62,720 bases of DNA from an uncultured archaeon (GCA_964619365.1 CAZUDQ010000005.1:1-62720), one strand, 5' to 3'. Positions 26,248 to 37,056 are shown, counted from the first letter of the stretch. Translations and numbers: made by a program. The notes: generated by a model from the sequence alone, not told the origin.

Positions 26248-27291
26248 ATGGCACTTTTTGACAACATGCTTCAGGAAAATGAATCGCTCTTCTCCGACTG
26301 GGAAATCCTTGATTTTGATTTTCTCCCTCCAGAAGTGCCTTACCGTGAGAACCAAACTTCATATATTGCAGAATGCATAAAACCGCTTGCCCGTGGGGAA
26401 CGCGGAAAAGCCCTTCTTGTTTCAGGTGCCCCAGGTATTGGAAAAACAACATCAGTAAAATACGTCTTCTCGCAACTTGAAGAAGCGACTAGTGAGGTCA
26501 GGCCGGTTTTTGTGAACTGCTGGAAGAAGCAGACGACAAATAATATTCTTTCTGATATTGCAAGACAAGTCGGCGTCATAGGCACCCAGTTTAAGAGCAA
26601 CGAAGACCTTTGGGAACACATTTATAAGGCTATTTCACGCTTTAAGGGAATTGCAATAGCACTTGACGAAATAGACCAGGCAAAGGAGTATGACTTCCTC
26701 TATCAGCTTGCAGAGAACTTAAAGAGTTTTACCCTCATCATGATTACAAATGAGAAAGACTTTCTCTCAAAGATAGACAGAAGGATTTCTTCTCGCTTAA
26801 CACCTGAAGAACTTGCATTCCCACCCTACAAAAAATGGGAAATTGAAGGCATTCTTGACCAAAGGCGAAAACTTGCATTTATGCCTGGCTGCTGGACAAG
26901 TGAAGCTTTTGAGCTTGTCGTAGACAAAACCGCATCAAGGGGGGATATCAGAACCGGCCTCATACTCATGCGCGAATCTGCAAGAGAAGCTGAAAGGGAA
27001 GCATCGCGCGTGATTAAAGTAAATCACGTCATGGCATGCAAGGCAAGCATAATAGATGAAAAATCAACTGAGCTTGATGAACGGGAACAATCCATAATCG
27101 AAATAATAAAGGAAAAGCCTGGAATCGAATCCGGAGAGCTTTCGCGCGAGCTTTCAGGGAAGGGCTTTGAAACGCCGGACTCGACATTCCGCAGGGTTGT
27201 TGGAAAATTAGACAAAGGCAGTTATATCTTCCGCGAACAGACAAGCACAAAAAGCGGCGGAAAGACCATGAAGCACTTTATTGACGAATGA
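26248..27291 (+). CDS. cdc6: Cdc6/Orc1-family AAA+ ATPase
   Basis: DFDFLPPEVPYRE, GAPGIGKT, VNCW, LDEID, FPPY, GDIR, C-terminal winged helix. Confidence 0.88.
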   Translation: MALFDNMLQENESLFSDWEILDFDFLPPEVPYRENQTSYIAECIKPLARGERGKALLVSGAPGIGKTTSVKYVFSQLEEATSEVRPVFVNCWKKQTTNNILSDIARQVGVIGTQFKSNEDLWEHIYKAISRFKGIAIALDEIDQAKEYDFLYQLAENLKSFTLIMITNEKDFLSKIDRRISSRLTPEELAFPPYKKWEIEGILDQRRKLAFMPGCWTSEAFELVVDKTASRGDIRTGLILMRESAREAEREASRVIKVNHVMACKASIIDEKSTELDEREQSIIEIIKEKPGIESGELSRELSGKGFETPDSTFRRVVGKLDKGSYIFREQTSTKSGGKTMKHFIDE

Positions 27292-27300
27292 GCTTGACTT

Positions 27301-28257
27301 ATGGAAACTCAAAAAAAGCTTGGGGGCTGTTCCAGGTGTAAAAATGAGGCGATAATAGAACTCCCCTATGTTTCAGAAAAGCTTTGCGGCACTTGTTTTA
27401 TCAAATTCTTTGAAAAAAGAGTAAGGCGTACAATAAGGAGGCATGACCTGCTTGACCCTTGTGATAAAACAGCTATTGCACTTTCAGGCGGCAAAGACTC
27501 AATGGCAGTACTGAGCATACTTGCCGGGCTATCAAAGAAGGCCCCAAAATCTGAACTTTTTGCAATAATCGTAAACGAAGGCTATCCCGGATATCGTGAC
27601 TCGCTACTTAAAACTGCTGAAGAATATTGTAAACGACTTGGAGTGCCTCTTCATGTGATAGAGTTCAAAAGTGAATTTGGCCTCACAATTCCTGAAATAA
27701 TTGATAAGACTAAGGAAAAAGAACTCACAATGCCTCCCTGTAGTTATTGCGGAGTTTTCAGGCGGCATCTTTTAAACCTCAAAGCGCGTGAACTAGGAGC
27801 TACAAAAATCGTTACAGGACATAATCTTGATGATGAATGCCAGACGGGCCTTATGAACTTTTTAAGGGGGGATGCCCTTAAAATCGGCAGGTCTGGTGCT
27901 CTAGTGGGTGCTATTTCTGACGCGGGTTTTGTCCCAAGGATAAAACCTTTAAGGGATACTCCTGAGGATGAAATAGAATTATATACAAAACTTCTGGAAA
28001 TCCCGACGGCCTATGGTAAATGCCCTTATGCACGCGACTCGATAAGGACTCGTTTGGGAGAATTCTTAAAGTCATTTGAAAGTGATTATCCAGGAACTAG
28101 GTACCAGACGCTCTCTTCAATAGACGGGCTTTCAAAATTCTTAAAAGAAAGTCTTGTAGAAAATAAAGTTACTCTTGAAAAATGTGAGACCTGTGGCGAA
28201 CCGAGCTCAAGAGGGATTTGCCAATTCTGCCAACTCAAATCAGACATAGGCTTATGA
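27301..28257 (+). CDS. tRNA 2-thiolation protein (Ncs6/TtuA, TIGR00269 family)
   Basis: N- and C-terminal CxxC Zn fingers, PP-loop SGGKDS, CSYCGVFRR, GHNLDD, RIKPL, CPY. Confidence 0.92.
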   Translation: METQKKLGGCSRCKNEAIIELPYVSEKLCGTCFIKFFEKRVRRTIRRHDLLDPCDKTAIALSGGKDSMAVLSILAGLSKKAPKSELFAIIVNEGYPGYRDSLLKTAEEYCKRLGVPLHVIEFKSEFGLTIPEIIDKTKEKELTMPPCSYCGVFRRHLLNLKARELGATKIVTGHNLDDECQTGLMNFLRGDALKIGRSGALVGAISDAGFVPRIKPLRDTPEDEIELYTKLLEIPTAYGKCPYARDSIRTRLGEFLKSFESDYPGTRYQTLSSIDGLSKFLKESLVENKVTLEKCETCGEPSSRGICQFCQLKSDIGL

Positions 28258-28350
28258 ATTTTGCTTCATTTTAGAACGTTTTTAAAGGGAGACCAGTAAG
28301 TTTTAAGCAATATTTGGAATAGAATAAATCCTATTTTACACTACATTAAA

Positions 28351-30795
28351 ATGCCTAAAGCAGATTACATAGATTGGTTCGCAGAAATCGGGATTAAAGA
28401 CGTGCCAAAAGTCGGCGGCAAGAACGCAAGCCTCGGTGAGATGTATCGTAAACTCACAGGAAAGGGCGTAAACATACCAAACGGCTTTGCAATAACCGCT
28501 CAGGCTTACAGATATCTCATAAAGGAAGCTGGGATTGGCGATGAAATTAAAAAAATCCTAAGTGATCTTGATACTGGCAATATCTCAAACCTTCGTGAAA
28601 GGGGGCATAAAGTCAGAAAGGCAATCGTCGAAGCCGAGTTCCCGGAAGACTTAAAGACTGCTATTTTTGAGGCATATAAAAAACTGTGCAAAGAATACGG
28701 AGAAAACACAGATGTTGCAGTTCGTTCTTCGGCGACCGCCGAGGACTTGCCTGACGCATCATTTGCAGGACAACAGGAAACTTATCTTAATATAAGGGGA
28801 GAATATGCTCTTATTGACGCATGCAAGAAATGCTTTGCATCACTTTTTACAGACCGCGCCATCTCATATCGTCAGGACAAGAATTTTGACCATTTCGCAG
28901 TCGCACTTTCAATCGGTGTGCAAAAAATGGTCAGGTCGGATAAAGCTGCATCCGGCGTTATGTTCTCGATAGATACTGAGTCAGGTTTCCGCAACGCCGT
29001 TCTTGTCGCCGCGGCTTACGGCCTTGGGGAAAATGTAGTTCAGGGAGCAGTAAATCCAGATGAATTTTATGTCTTTAAGCCCACATTAAAACAAGGATTT
29101 AAACCAATCATATCAAAGAAGGTCGGCTCCAAAGAAATGCGTATGGTGTATTCTGAAGGGGGGTCTAAAAACCCAATAAAAAATATCCCTGTGCCATCGG
29201 TAGAACAACGCAAATTCGCAATAAGCGATGATGAAGTCTTAAGGCTTGCCAAATGGGCCTGCATCATTGAAGACCACTACAAAAAACCCATGGACATGGA
29301 ATGGGCAAAAGACGGGATAAGTGGGAAACTCTTTATTGTTCAGGCCAGGCCAGAAACCGTCCAAAGCCAAAAAGACGTTTCAGTGTATGACGAATATTCT
29401 ATCGGAAAGCGTGGGCGCATCCTTATCCAAGGACAAAGCGTGGGAGCAAAGATAGGTGCTGGAAAAGTAAATGTCATTAAAAGCTCGCATGAGATGGACC
29501 AGTTTAAACCGGGAAGCGTTCTTGTAACAGATATGACAGACCCTGACTGGGAACCAATAATGAAGATTGCTTCGGCGATTGTCACAAACAGGGGGGGGCG
29601 AACTTGCCACGCGGCCATTGTATCGCGCGAACTTGGAATACCTTGTGTTGTTGGGACAATAAGTGCTACCGACACCTTAAAAGAAAGGCAGGAAATAACA
29701 GTGTCTTGTGCCGAAGGTGAAGAGGGTTTTGTTTATGAAGGGCTTGTCGACTACAAAATAAAAAAGATAAACTTAAAGAAGATTCCTGCAACAAAGACAA
29801 AAATAATGCAGATTCTTGGAAACCCTGAGCAGGCTTTTGAAACCTCGTTTTTGCCGAGTGACGGTGTTGGCCTTGCACGTGAGGAATTCATAATAACAAG
29901 CGACATCAAAGTGCATCCACTCGCCCTTCTTAACTACAAGAAGCTAAAGGCGAACCGTGCTAATGCCGCCCTGATTAAAGGCATAGATGCCCTGACCTTG
30001 GGTTATGACGACAAGGCAGAATTCTTTGTTGACAAATTAGCCCAGGGCGTTGGCATGATTGCAGGGGCGTTCTATCCAAAGGATGTCATTTTGCGATTTA
30101 GCGACTTTAAGAGCAACGAGTACGCAAATCTTGTTGGAGGGAGCATATTCGAGCCAAAGGAAGATAACCCCATGATAGGATGGCGTGGCGCTTCAAGATA
30201 CTATTCGCCGTTGTATGAGCCCGCTTTTGCACTTGAGTGTGTTGCGATAAAAAAGGTGCGCGAAGAATATGGCCTCACAAACCTTAAGGTCATGGTACCA
30301 TTTTGCAGGACGGTTGAAGAGGGCAAAAAGGTCGTTGCGACTATGAAAAAGTACGGACTCACCAAAGGAAAAGACGGTCTTGAGGTATATGTCATGTGCG
30401 AGATTCCCTCAAATGTTATTCTGGCCGAGGAGTTTTGCAAGGTCTTTGACGGCTTTTCAATAGGCTCAAACGACCTGACGCAACTAACCCTAGGGCTTGA
30501 CCGCGATTCAGAGCTTGTGCATCACATCTATGATGAACGCAACCAGGCTGTAAAAACACTTGTGGCAGAGGTCATAAAAGTCGCAAAGAAAAACAAGCGC
30601 AAGATAGGCATCTGCGGACAGGCACCATCAGACTTCCCGGACTTTGCAAAGTTCCTGGTACAATGTGGTATTGACTCTATAGCGCTAAACCCAGATACAG
30701 TCATTAAAACCCGCCTTGTTATTGCAAAGGAAGAAGACGCTCTAAAGAATAAAAAAAAGGGTAAGAAATCTAAGAAAAAGGCAAAAAAGAACTAG
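28351..30795 (+). CDS. ppsA: Phosphoenolpyruvate synthase
   Basis: VGGKNASLGEM, AVRSSATAEDLPDASFAGQQET, phospho-His GGRTCHAAIVSRE, FSIGSNDLTQ. Confidence 0.97.
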   Translation: MPKADYIDWFAEIGIKDVPKVGGKNASLGEMYRKLTGKGVNIPNGFAITAQAYRYLIKEAGIGDEIKKILSDLDTGNISNLRERGHKVRKAIVEAEFPEDLKTAIFEAYKKLCKEYGENTDVAVRSSATAEDLPDASFAGQQETYLNIRGEYALIDACKKCFASLFTDRAISYRQDKNFDHFAVALSIGVQKMVRSDKAASGVMFSIDTESGFRNAVLVAAAYGLGENVVQGAVNPDEFYVFKPTLKQGFKPIISKKVGSKEMRMVYSEGGSKNPIKNIPVPSVEQRKFAISDDEVLRLAKWACIIEDHYKKPMDMEWAKDGISGKLFIVQARPETVQSQKDVSVYDEYSIGKRGRILIQGQSVGAKIGAGKVNVIKSSHEMDQFKPGSVLVTDMTDPDWEPIMKIASAIVTNRGGRTCHAAIVSRELGIPCVVGTISATDTLKERQEITVSCAEGEEGFVYEGLVDYKIKKINLKKIPATKTKIMQILGNPEQAFETSFLPSDGVGLAREEFIITSDIKVHPLALLNYKKLKANRANAALIKGIDALTLGYDDKAEFFVDKLAQGVGMIAGAFYPKDVILRFSDFKSNEYANLVGGSIFEPKEDNPMIGWRGASRYYSPLYEPAFALECVAIKKVREEYGLTNLKVMVPFCRTVEEGKKVVATMKKYGLTKGKDGLEVYVMCEIPSNVILAEEFCKVFDGFSIGSNDLTQLTLGLDRDSELVHHIYDERNQAVKTLVAEVIKVAKKNKRKIGICGQAPSDFPDFAKFLVQCGIDSIALNPDTVIKTRLVIAKEEDALKNKKKGKKSKKKAKKN

Positions 30796-30823
30796 AGATA
30801 AAACTTAAAAGGATCTTAATAGT

Positions 30824-31513
30824 TTATTTTGTCTTTATGCTTATTCCCTTTGCGCTTATTGAAAACGCATGAATTTTATCGTCATGGCAAGTCTCACGCA
30901 TTTTTAGGACTTCGATTTGCCTTGTACGTTTGTCGCCTTTCTTCGGGTGATAAAGATAGATTATTCCGTCTGCCGCGGATTCGCCCATGCCAAGATGCTC
31001 GCCAAGTTCATCTTTTTGCGCATCAACTTCCATTGTAAAGAGTGCTGTTGCGCCCTGTTTTTTTATCCATGAGACAAGCTCTAAAATATGGTGGCGTTTT
31101 TCAAACGCATCTTTACCCACAAGGTCAAAACTTATTATTGAATCAACAATTACGCGTTTTATATTCATAGATTTAACAATAGTCCCGATTTCTCCAAATC
31201 CAGCTTCTACTGTATTTATCATTTCTATTGCAGGAACCCTGATTACTTTTAGGATCTTTTTTTCGACAAGCCCTGAGAAATTCCACCCATATATATCGCC
31301 CTCCTTTATTATTTCCTGAGGGTCCTGGTCAAATGTGATATAAAGACCTGGCTCTCCGTCTTTTGCGCCCTCTGCTAAAAACTGCATTGCAAAAGTAGAT
31401 TTGCCGGTCCCATAACCTCCACAAAGAAGCGTAACGCTGCCTTCGATAAAACCTCCTGCGAGCATAGAATCTACTCCAGGAATACCACTCTTTATGCGTT
31501 TTGGCTTCTCCAT
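30824..31513 (-). CDS. KaiC-like (RecA superfamily) single-domain ATPase
   Basis: SGIPGVDSMLAGG, GGYGTGKS, IVDS, ADGIIYL, VLKMR. Confidence 0.9.
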   Translation of the reverse strand: MEKPKRIKSGIPGVDSMLAGGFIEGSVTLLCGGYGTGKSTFAMQFLAEGAKDGEPGLYITFDQDPQEIIKEGDIYGWNFSGLVEKKILKVIRVPAIEMINTVEAGFGEIGTIVKSMNIKRVIVDSIISFDLVGKDAFEKRHHILELVSWIKKQGATALFTMEVDAQKDELGEHLGMGESAADGIIYLYHPKKGDKRTRQIEVLKMRETCHDDKIHAFSISAKGISIKTK

Positions 31514-31569
31514 TTTTTAGGACGTTCTCATTTAGTTAGGCGTATATTTCAGGCACAGGGGTTAAAAAG

Positions 31570-32016
31570 GTGATTTATAATAAAAACGGCCAGGCGGCAA
31601 TAGAACTTCTTATTATGCTTTCAGTAGGGCTTGTAGTACTCACAGCAGTCTTTATTATGGGCGAGGACAGACTCTCTTGGGCTGAAGATACAGTTTCAGA
31701 AAGCAAGGTCAAAATAAGTCTTGGTAAGCTTGCAAACGCCGCTGATTTTGTGTATTCGCAATCTGTTGGGGCTGCAAGTGAAATAAATCTCGCACTTACA
31801 GGAGACGTAAAGGAAGTCGTTATTGGGGATGCGAGCGATTATACTATGTTTCGAAGTAATCACACAATAACGATTATTAGAGAAGTTGGTGGTGAGATTT
31901 ATGATAATTGGATTGCAACAGCCCCACTCCTTAAAGGCTCGATAAATGCAACGCGCGGCAGTCCGCAGGTAAGGCTGACAAATATGGGGGATTTTGTTCA
32001 AATTGAGCTCGTATAA
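31570..32016 (+). CDS. Type IV pilin-like protein (class III signal peptide)
   Basis: KNG^QAAIELL followed by a hydrophobic helix. Confidence 0.8.
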   Translation: MIYNKNGQAAIELLIMLSVGLVVLTAVFIMGEDRLSWAEDTVSESKVKISLGKLANAADFVYSQSVGAASEINLALTGDVKEVVIGDASDYTMFRSNHTITIIREVGGEIYDNWIATAPLLKGSINATRGSPQVRLTNMGDFVQIELV

Positions 32017-32452
32017 CAAGCTTGGTATATCAAGGGGCAAAAAAGGGCAACTCACTGTTGATATGATAATAACAATCATATTCTTAGGTCTCCTTGCAGT
32101 CATTCTTTTCAGTCAATTTATTGAGGAGCAAGACGTCGCATTTGAAATTATGGATAAACTTAGTCTTGATGATATAGCAGATATGCTTGAGGATAAAATT
32201 GCTGGGGTAAGTGTGATGGGTGATGGCGCGAATGTTCCGCTTAATCTGCCTGCAAGAAGTCTAACGGGTATTGAATACAATCTTACAATAATCGGAAATA
32301 GCGCACTTATCAGGTCGGGAAACGACTCTGCAAACGCCTATGCAAGATTTGCAACAGATGCGTGGGAAATGCCCACACCCATTCATCTTGAGCCGGGAGA
32401 ATATTTAATAAAGAACACTAATGGGCTTTTATCATTTACTAAAACATTATGA
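31994..32452 (+). CDS. Type IV pilin-like protein (class III signal peptide); start uncertain
   Basis: KKG^QLTVD followed by a hydrophobic helix. Confidence 0.75.
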   Translation: MFKLSSYNKLGISRGKKGQLTVDMIITIIFLGLLAVILFSQFIEEQDVAFEIMDKLSLDDIADMLEDKIAGVSVMGDGANVPLNLPARSLTGIEYNLTIIGNSALIRSGNDSANAYARFATDAWEMPTPIHLEPGEYLIKNTNGLLSFTKTL

Positions 32453-32955
32453 TGCGACTCTTTGGAAGAAGGAAAGGGCAGATTGAAATGCTTGATTTCA
32501 TTGCAGGAGCCTTTATATTTATGAGTGCGCTGCTTCTTGTAATCTGGGTTTGGAACCTCTCAGGGGAGACTATTTGGAGCTTTGAGGAAACACTTGATTT
32601 AAAGCACAGGTCTCTTGCCGCAATAAACACTCTTTCAATGACGCCTGGGTTCCCCACCAATTGGGAAGACGAATCCAATTTTAGCGCAAACCCGCCTCAA
32701 GCAATAGGTCTTGTTACAAGTGCGTATGAATTTTCAGAGGACAAGCTTGACGCTCTAGAATCACTTGATTACAATACTACAAGGGAGATACTGGGTCTTG
32801 CCAGAGAAGACTTTTGGCTTGGCATAATGGATGAGGAAGAGAATGTCAAGTTCAGTTACGGCGTTCCAAACAGCGGTCCTGCAGTACTTGAAAGGCTTGG
32901 GATATATGATGGAGAAGTAGTAAGATTCATATTGGCATTAAAATCTTATGATTAA
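32449..32955 (+). CDS. Minor pilin-like protein (class III signal peptide)
   Basis: RRKG^QIEMLDF followed by a hydrophobic helix; TPGFPTNWE...IGL motif. Confidence 0.78.
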   Translation: MMRLFGRRKGQIEMLDFIAGAFIFMSALLLVIWVWNLSGETIWSFEETLDLKHRSLAAINTLSMTPGFPTNWEDESNFSANPPQAIGLVTSAYEFSEDKLDALESLDYNTTREILGLAREDFWLGIMDEEENVKFSYGVPNSGPAVLERLGIYDGEVVRFILALKSYD

Positions 32956-32975
32956 TTACAAATTTAGTAGAATAG

Positions 32976-33443
32976 ATGGCAATTGCAATAATAACACTTG
33001 ATGCGATAATCGCAGCGACTCTTTCAGCAATACTAATAGCTGCCGCAGTAGACCTTCTTGGGCAAAGAGAAATGGAAAAGCAGGACATACTCTTACAATA
33101 TGGTTACAGCCTTCTTGCGGCGTCTGATAAAAGCGGGACACTCGCACAAATAACAGAATTCAATTCAAGTGAGTTTAAGGATATGCTGCAGCTTGTGCCA
33201 GAACATATATGCATAGAGGCTGAATTATATTTAGAAAACGGCTCGATATTTTACCATGCGGACAATTACAATGAAAGCCAGATTGGAAAATCAACAGGCT
33301 GTAGGTTAAACCGGCAATACGGCAAGCTTCCTGAAATAGTCACAGCGTCAAGAACCGTTGTAAATGAAGGTGACATCTATCCGGCACTTATTAAATTATG
33401 GTATAAAGACTACCTTCGGGAGTCTGAGGGGATTTCAATATGA
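32976..33443 (+). CDS. Minor pilin-like membrane-anchored protein
   Basis: N-terminal ITLDAIIAA hydrophobic helix in the pilin cluster; no basic leader. Confidence 0.6.
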   Translation: MAIAIITLDAIIAATLSAILIAAAVDLLGQREMEKQDILLQYGYSLLAASDKSGTLAQITEFNSSEFKDMLQLVPEHICIEAELYLENGSIFYHADNYNESQIGKSTGCRLNRQYGKLPEIVTASRTVVNEGDIYPALIKLWYKDYLRESEGISI

Positions 33444-34264
33444 AAAGACGGGGATATATCTTCACGATTTCAATAGCCTTTCTAATGGCGGCAGTATTGC
33501 TTCTTGCATCATTTTTTGCAACAAGGGTTGAAACACTTGATATCTCCCCCCAAAAGCTTGCTATGAGCTTTGATGATATAGAATCCGATATAGCAGACTT
33601 AATGGGAATTTCTGGGGAATATAAGGCTGTGGGAAATTCCAGCAGGATTATAGTACGATACAATGCCTCATCTTTTGATACTGCGTCTGATGTCAATAAC
33701 TATGTGCACTATACAGAAAGTAAAAATGCGTCCATTTTTCGCGCTTCAAATGCAAGCTTCATAAACGAAGGCTGGGACTTTGATATTATCCCTTATAACT
33801 TCACAGGAAATTTCCTTACGCCAGACAAGACATACCTTATACTTTACCCAAGAACAATTGAGGGGTATGAGGCTCTCGAACATGAAAGCTTACACTTAAA
33901 TCTTGCCGGAGCGCCAACCAACATAACTGAAAATATAGTTGGAGGAGATATGAACTTCTCCTTAGCATTAGAATGGCCAGGAGGTTCGTTTTACAGGAAC
34001 AATATAAACATCTCGATTACAGAAGAAAGCAACTGGACCTTTACAGGGTCAATGAACGTGCTCACTATCCGCGTGGGTGAAGTAGAAGGAAAATATGGTG
34101 CTCTTGGCGTGTATATTCCTTGTGAAGATTGTGCCGAAGTAGAAATCACTTTGCAGTTTGACAATCCCGCTCCGGCTGGGGCAATATCTGACTTCCGCTT
34201 GAATCTAAGCGACATTGCGGGCAAAACAAGTATTGAGCGTGATATTTGGTTTATTAAGGATTAA
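33440..34264 (+). CDS. Pilin-like protein (class III signal peptide)
   Basis: MKRRG^YIFTIS followed by a hydrophobic helix; many N-glycosylation sequons. Confidence 0.72.
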   Translation: MKRRGYIFTISIAFLMAAVLLLASFFATRVETLDISPQKLAMSFDDIESDIADLMGISGEYKAVGNSSRIIVRYNASSFDTASDVNNYVHYTESKNASIFRASNASFINEGWDFDIIPYNFTGNFLTPDKTYLILYPRTIEGYEALEHESLHLNLAGAPTNITENIVGGDMNFSLALEWPGGSFYRNNINISITEESNWTFTGSMNVLTIRVGEVEGKYGALGVYIPCEDCAEVEITLQFDNPAPAGAISDFRLNLSDIAGKTSIERDIWFIKD

Positions 34265-34299
34265 ACATTTATTTACTATTACTATTCTATAGGGGTAAA

Positions 34300-36192
34300 A
34301 TGGCACAGGTATTGACTAGGGCTGACGCCCTCTTAAAAGAGCTAACGAAGGGGGATAAGAAGCTTAGCATTCCAAAAGCAGCAGAGCTTCTTGGGATAGA
34401 AGACACGGTGGATGTTGAGAAGCTGGCAAAGTATCTCAAAGAATATGTTGAAATACAGTACCCTGCAAACATCCTTTCAAGCCCTTACTTAAAACTGATA
34501 AAGGAACTGCCTGAATATGTGCCCGCTCAAATCCCAAACGGCTCGCTTATTGATGAATATGACGTCAATGCAGATGGTATAACATACCACACAAGGATAA
34601 TTAAGGAAGAAGAAGAGCTAGTTCCAAGCTATTTTGCAGACTACCCCCACTTAGGCCCCGGGACAAGTGCAATAATAACAGGTCTGGCTGAAGAACTGAC
34701 AAAGAGAGTACCAATTGCGGTTGATGATATAGCGGATCAGCGCAAGATGATGCGCATAAAAAAGCTCTTTGCAATAGAAAGTCAAAAGATAGTCAATGAG
34801 ACATTTAACCAGGATATCAAACGGGATCATAGCTTGGGCGAAACACTTTCTGGTTTTCTGCTACATAATTGTTATGGCCTTGGGATACTTGAACTTCCAT
34901 TACATGACAACTTCCTTGAAGAAGTGTGTATAGACAATGCAAGGGAACCTGTCGCGGCATATCACATAACGCGAGGATGGGTAAAAACAAATTTCTTCAT
35001 TAAAAACGAGGAAGCAATTTACAATTTAGCATCTCAAATCGGAAGAAAATCGGGTACGAATATAACAAACCTCACTCCGATAATGGATGCCCAGTTAATA
35101 AGCGGAGATCGTGCAAATGCTACGCTTTTTCCCGTATCTTCTTTTGGTAATACGATAACAATAAGGCGTTTTGCAAGAGTACCTTGGACCATTGTAAGCC
35201 TGATTAAAGAAAGTGCAGGTACAATCTCCCCTGAGATGGGAGCATTACTCTGGCTTTGTATGCAATATGAGCTAAATGTCGTAGTAACCGGAGGTACTGC
35301 ATCCGGAAAGACGAGTATGCTAAACTCAATATGTGCTCTTGTCCCCTCAAATCAAAGGATAATCTCGATTGAAGAGACCCGTGAGATAGAACTCCCTGAA
35401 TACTTAACATGGAACTGGATTCCCATGGTTACGCGAAATGCAAACTCTGAAGGGAAGGGAGAAGTCACAATGCTTGACCTTCTTGCAAACTCATTAAGGA
35501 TGAGGCCTGACCGGGTCATTATGGGGGAAGTAAGACGACGGGAGGAGGCTGAAGTCCTCTTTGAAGCCATGCACACAGGACACTCTGTTTATTCTACAAT
35601 CCACGCAGACACATCTCAGCATCTAATCAGGCGCCTGACTAAGCCGCCGTTTTCCCTTCCCGAAGAAGAACTTGAGGCTGTTGACCTTATAGTCGTACAG
35701 TTCAGAGACCGCAGGCGAGGACTCAGGCGAACAATAGAAATCGCCGAACTCAAGCGTGATGAAACTGCCGCAGAATTAACCATCAATTATTTATACAGAT
35801 GGGATCCGCGAACAGACAAGTTTGAAAAGTTAAACGAGCCAAGGCACTTATACGAGAAGATTAATCTTTACACGGGCATGGACTATAGTGAGATTAAAGA
35901 AGATTTAGCTCAAAAAACAGAGATACTAAGCGAACTTGCAAAAAAGGACATAATTGAAATAAACGAAGTCGGTGAAATCATAAATACTTATTATGCTGAC
36001 AAAAAGAGGGTATCAGAAAAGATAAAGAGTATGTCGCCCAAAGAAAAAGTACAAGAGACTAAAGCTCCAAAAAAACAAGAAGAAAAAAAGGCTGTTGTTA
36101 TTAAGAAACCTGTTGTGAAAAAAACTGTCCCAAAGAAAAAAGCAAGCGTTAAAAAGATAGCAAATGCAAAGGGACAAAAGAAAAAGAAATAA
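34300..36192 (+). CDS. Type IV pilus assembly ATPase (TadA/ArlI/VirB11 family)
   Basis: TITIRRF, GGTASGKT, SIEETREI, LRMRPDRVIMGEVR, TGH..STIHA; Lys-rich C-terminal tail. Confidence 0.93.
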   Translation: MAQVLTRADALLKELTKGDKKLSIPKAAELLGIEDTVDVEKLAKYLKEYVEIQYPANILSSPYLKLIKELPEYVPAQIPNGSLIDEYDVNADGITYHTRIIKEEEELVPSYFADYPHLGPGTSAIITGLAEELTKRVPIAVDDIADQRKMMRIKKLFAIESQKIVNETFNQDIKRDHSLGETLSGFLLHNCYGLGILELPLHDNFLEEVCIDNAREPVAAYHITRGWVKTNFFIKNEEAIYNLASQIGRKSGTNITNLTPIMDAQLISGDRANATLFPVSSFGNTITIRRFARVPWTIVSLIKESAGTISPEMGALLWLCMQYELNVVVTGGTASGKTSMLNSICALVPSNQRIISIEETREIELPEYLTWNWIPMVTRNANSEGKGEVTMLDLLANSLRMRPDRVIMGEVRRREEAEVLFEAMHTGHSVYSTIHADTSQHLIRRLTKPPFSLPEEELEAVDLIVVQFRDRRRGLRRTIEIAELKRDETAAELTINYLYRWDPRTDKFEKLNEPRHLYEKINLYTGMDYSEIKEDLAQKTEILSELAKKDIIEINEVGEIINTYYADKKRVSEKIKSMSPKEKVQETKAPKKQEEKKAVVIKKPVVKKTVPKKKASVKKIANAKGQKKKK

Positions 36193-36202
36193 ATCTTAAG
36201 AG

Positions 36203-37054
36203 ATGGGTAAAAAGTCAATCAGCCGTTTAAAGGGACTTGGAAGAAAACTGCGCTTTCTTGCACCAGGCATCGAAACAGAATTCATCAGAGCAAAAAATGA
36301 TAAGGATGCTGATAGTTACCGCGCCGCTTGCCTCATAGACTCACTCGCAATCGCGGTGATTGCAGGAGCACTTGTTTTTACATTCATATTTTTTGTAAGC
36401 CATGCTTTTGGCAATGCATTTATGCTTGGTTTGGGAATCGGTATGCTTCTTTTTTTCATACTCTTTATGGTGCTACTAAAACAACCAAAGATAACACTTG
36501 GAAAACGCAGTGAAAAAATCGATAAGGATCTTGTTTATGCGTTAAAGGATATCTTATTATCCCTTTCTTCAGGGCTTTCAATGTACTCTGCAATCTCGCT
36601 TGCTTCAAAAAGTGAATATGGTTATGTCTCAGATGACTTTGCAACTGTTGTTAAACATTCCAACACGGGGATGTCGCTACAAGATGCTCTTGAGGATCTT
36701 GCGATAACAACGCCCTCTGAACACTTTCAAAACGCGCTTTGGCAGATAATAAACACTTCAAAATCGGGGGCTGATGTCGAAGCGGTTCTTCACTCACTTA
36801 TCGAAGGCCTTACCTCAGAACAGCGCTCAAATATCCAAAAGTACTCAAACGAGTTAAATGTAATAACTCTTGTCTATATGCTTGTTGCAGTAGCAATACC
36901 CGCAATTGTCGTCACACTTTTAATCGTCCTTAATGCATTTGGATCGACAGGAGTAAATGAATTCCTTTTTGTCGCATTCATAGTGCTTAGTGCTGTTGTC
37001 CAAATAGCAATACTTGGGCTTGTCAGAAGCAGGAGGCCTGTTGTTCACGTTTAA
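36203..37054 (+). CDS. Type IV pilus membrane platform protein (TadB/TadC, T2SS-F family)
   Basis: TM pairs flanking an LSSGLSMYSAI...GMSLQDALEDL domain; follows the ATPase. Confidence 0.85.
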   Translation: MGKKSISRLKGLGRKLRFLAPGIETEFIRAKNDKDADSYRAACLIDSLAIAVIAGALVFTFIFFVSHAFGNAFMLGLGIGMLLFFILFMVLLKQPKITLGKRSEKIDKDLVYALKDILLSLSSGLSMYSAISLASKSEYGYVSDDFATVVKHSNTGMSLQDALEDLAITTPSEHFQNALWQIINTSKSGADVEAVLHSLIEGLTSEQRSNIQKYSNELNVITLVYMLVAVAIPAIVVTLLIVLNAFGSTGVNEFLFVAFIVLSAVVQIAILGLVRSRRPVVHV

Positions 37055-37056
37055 AG

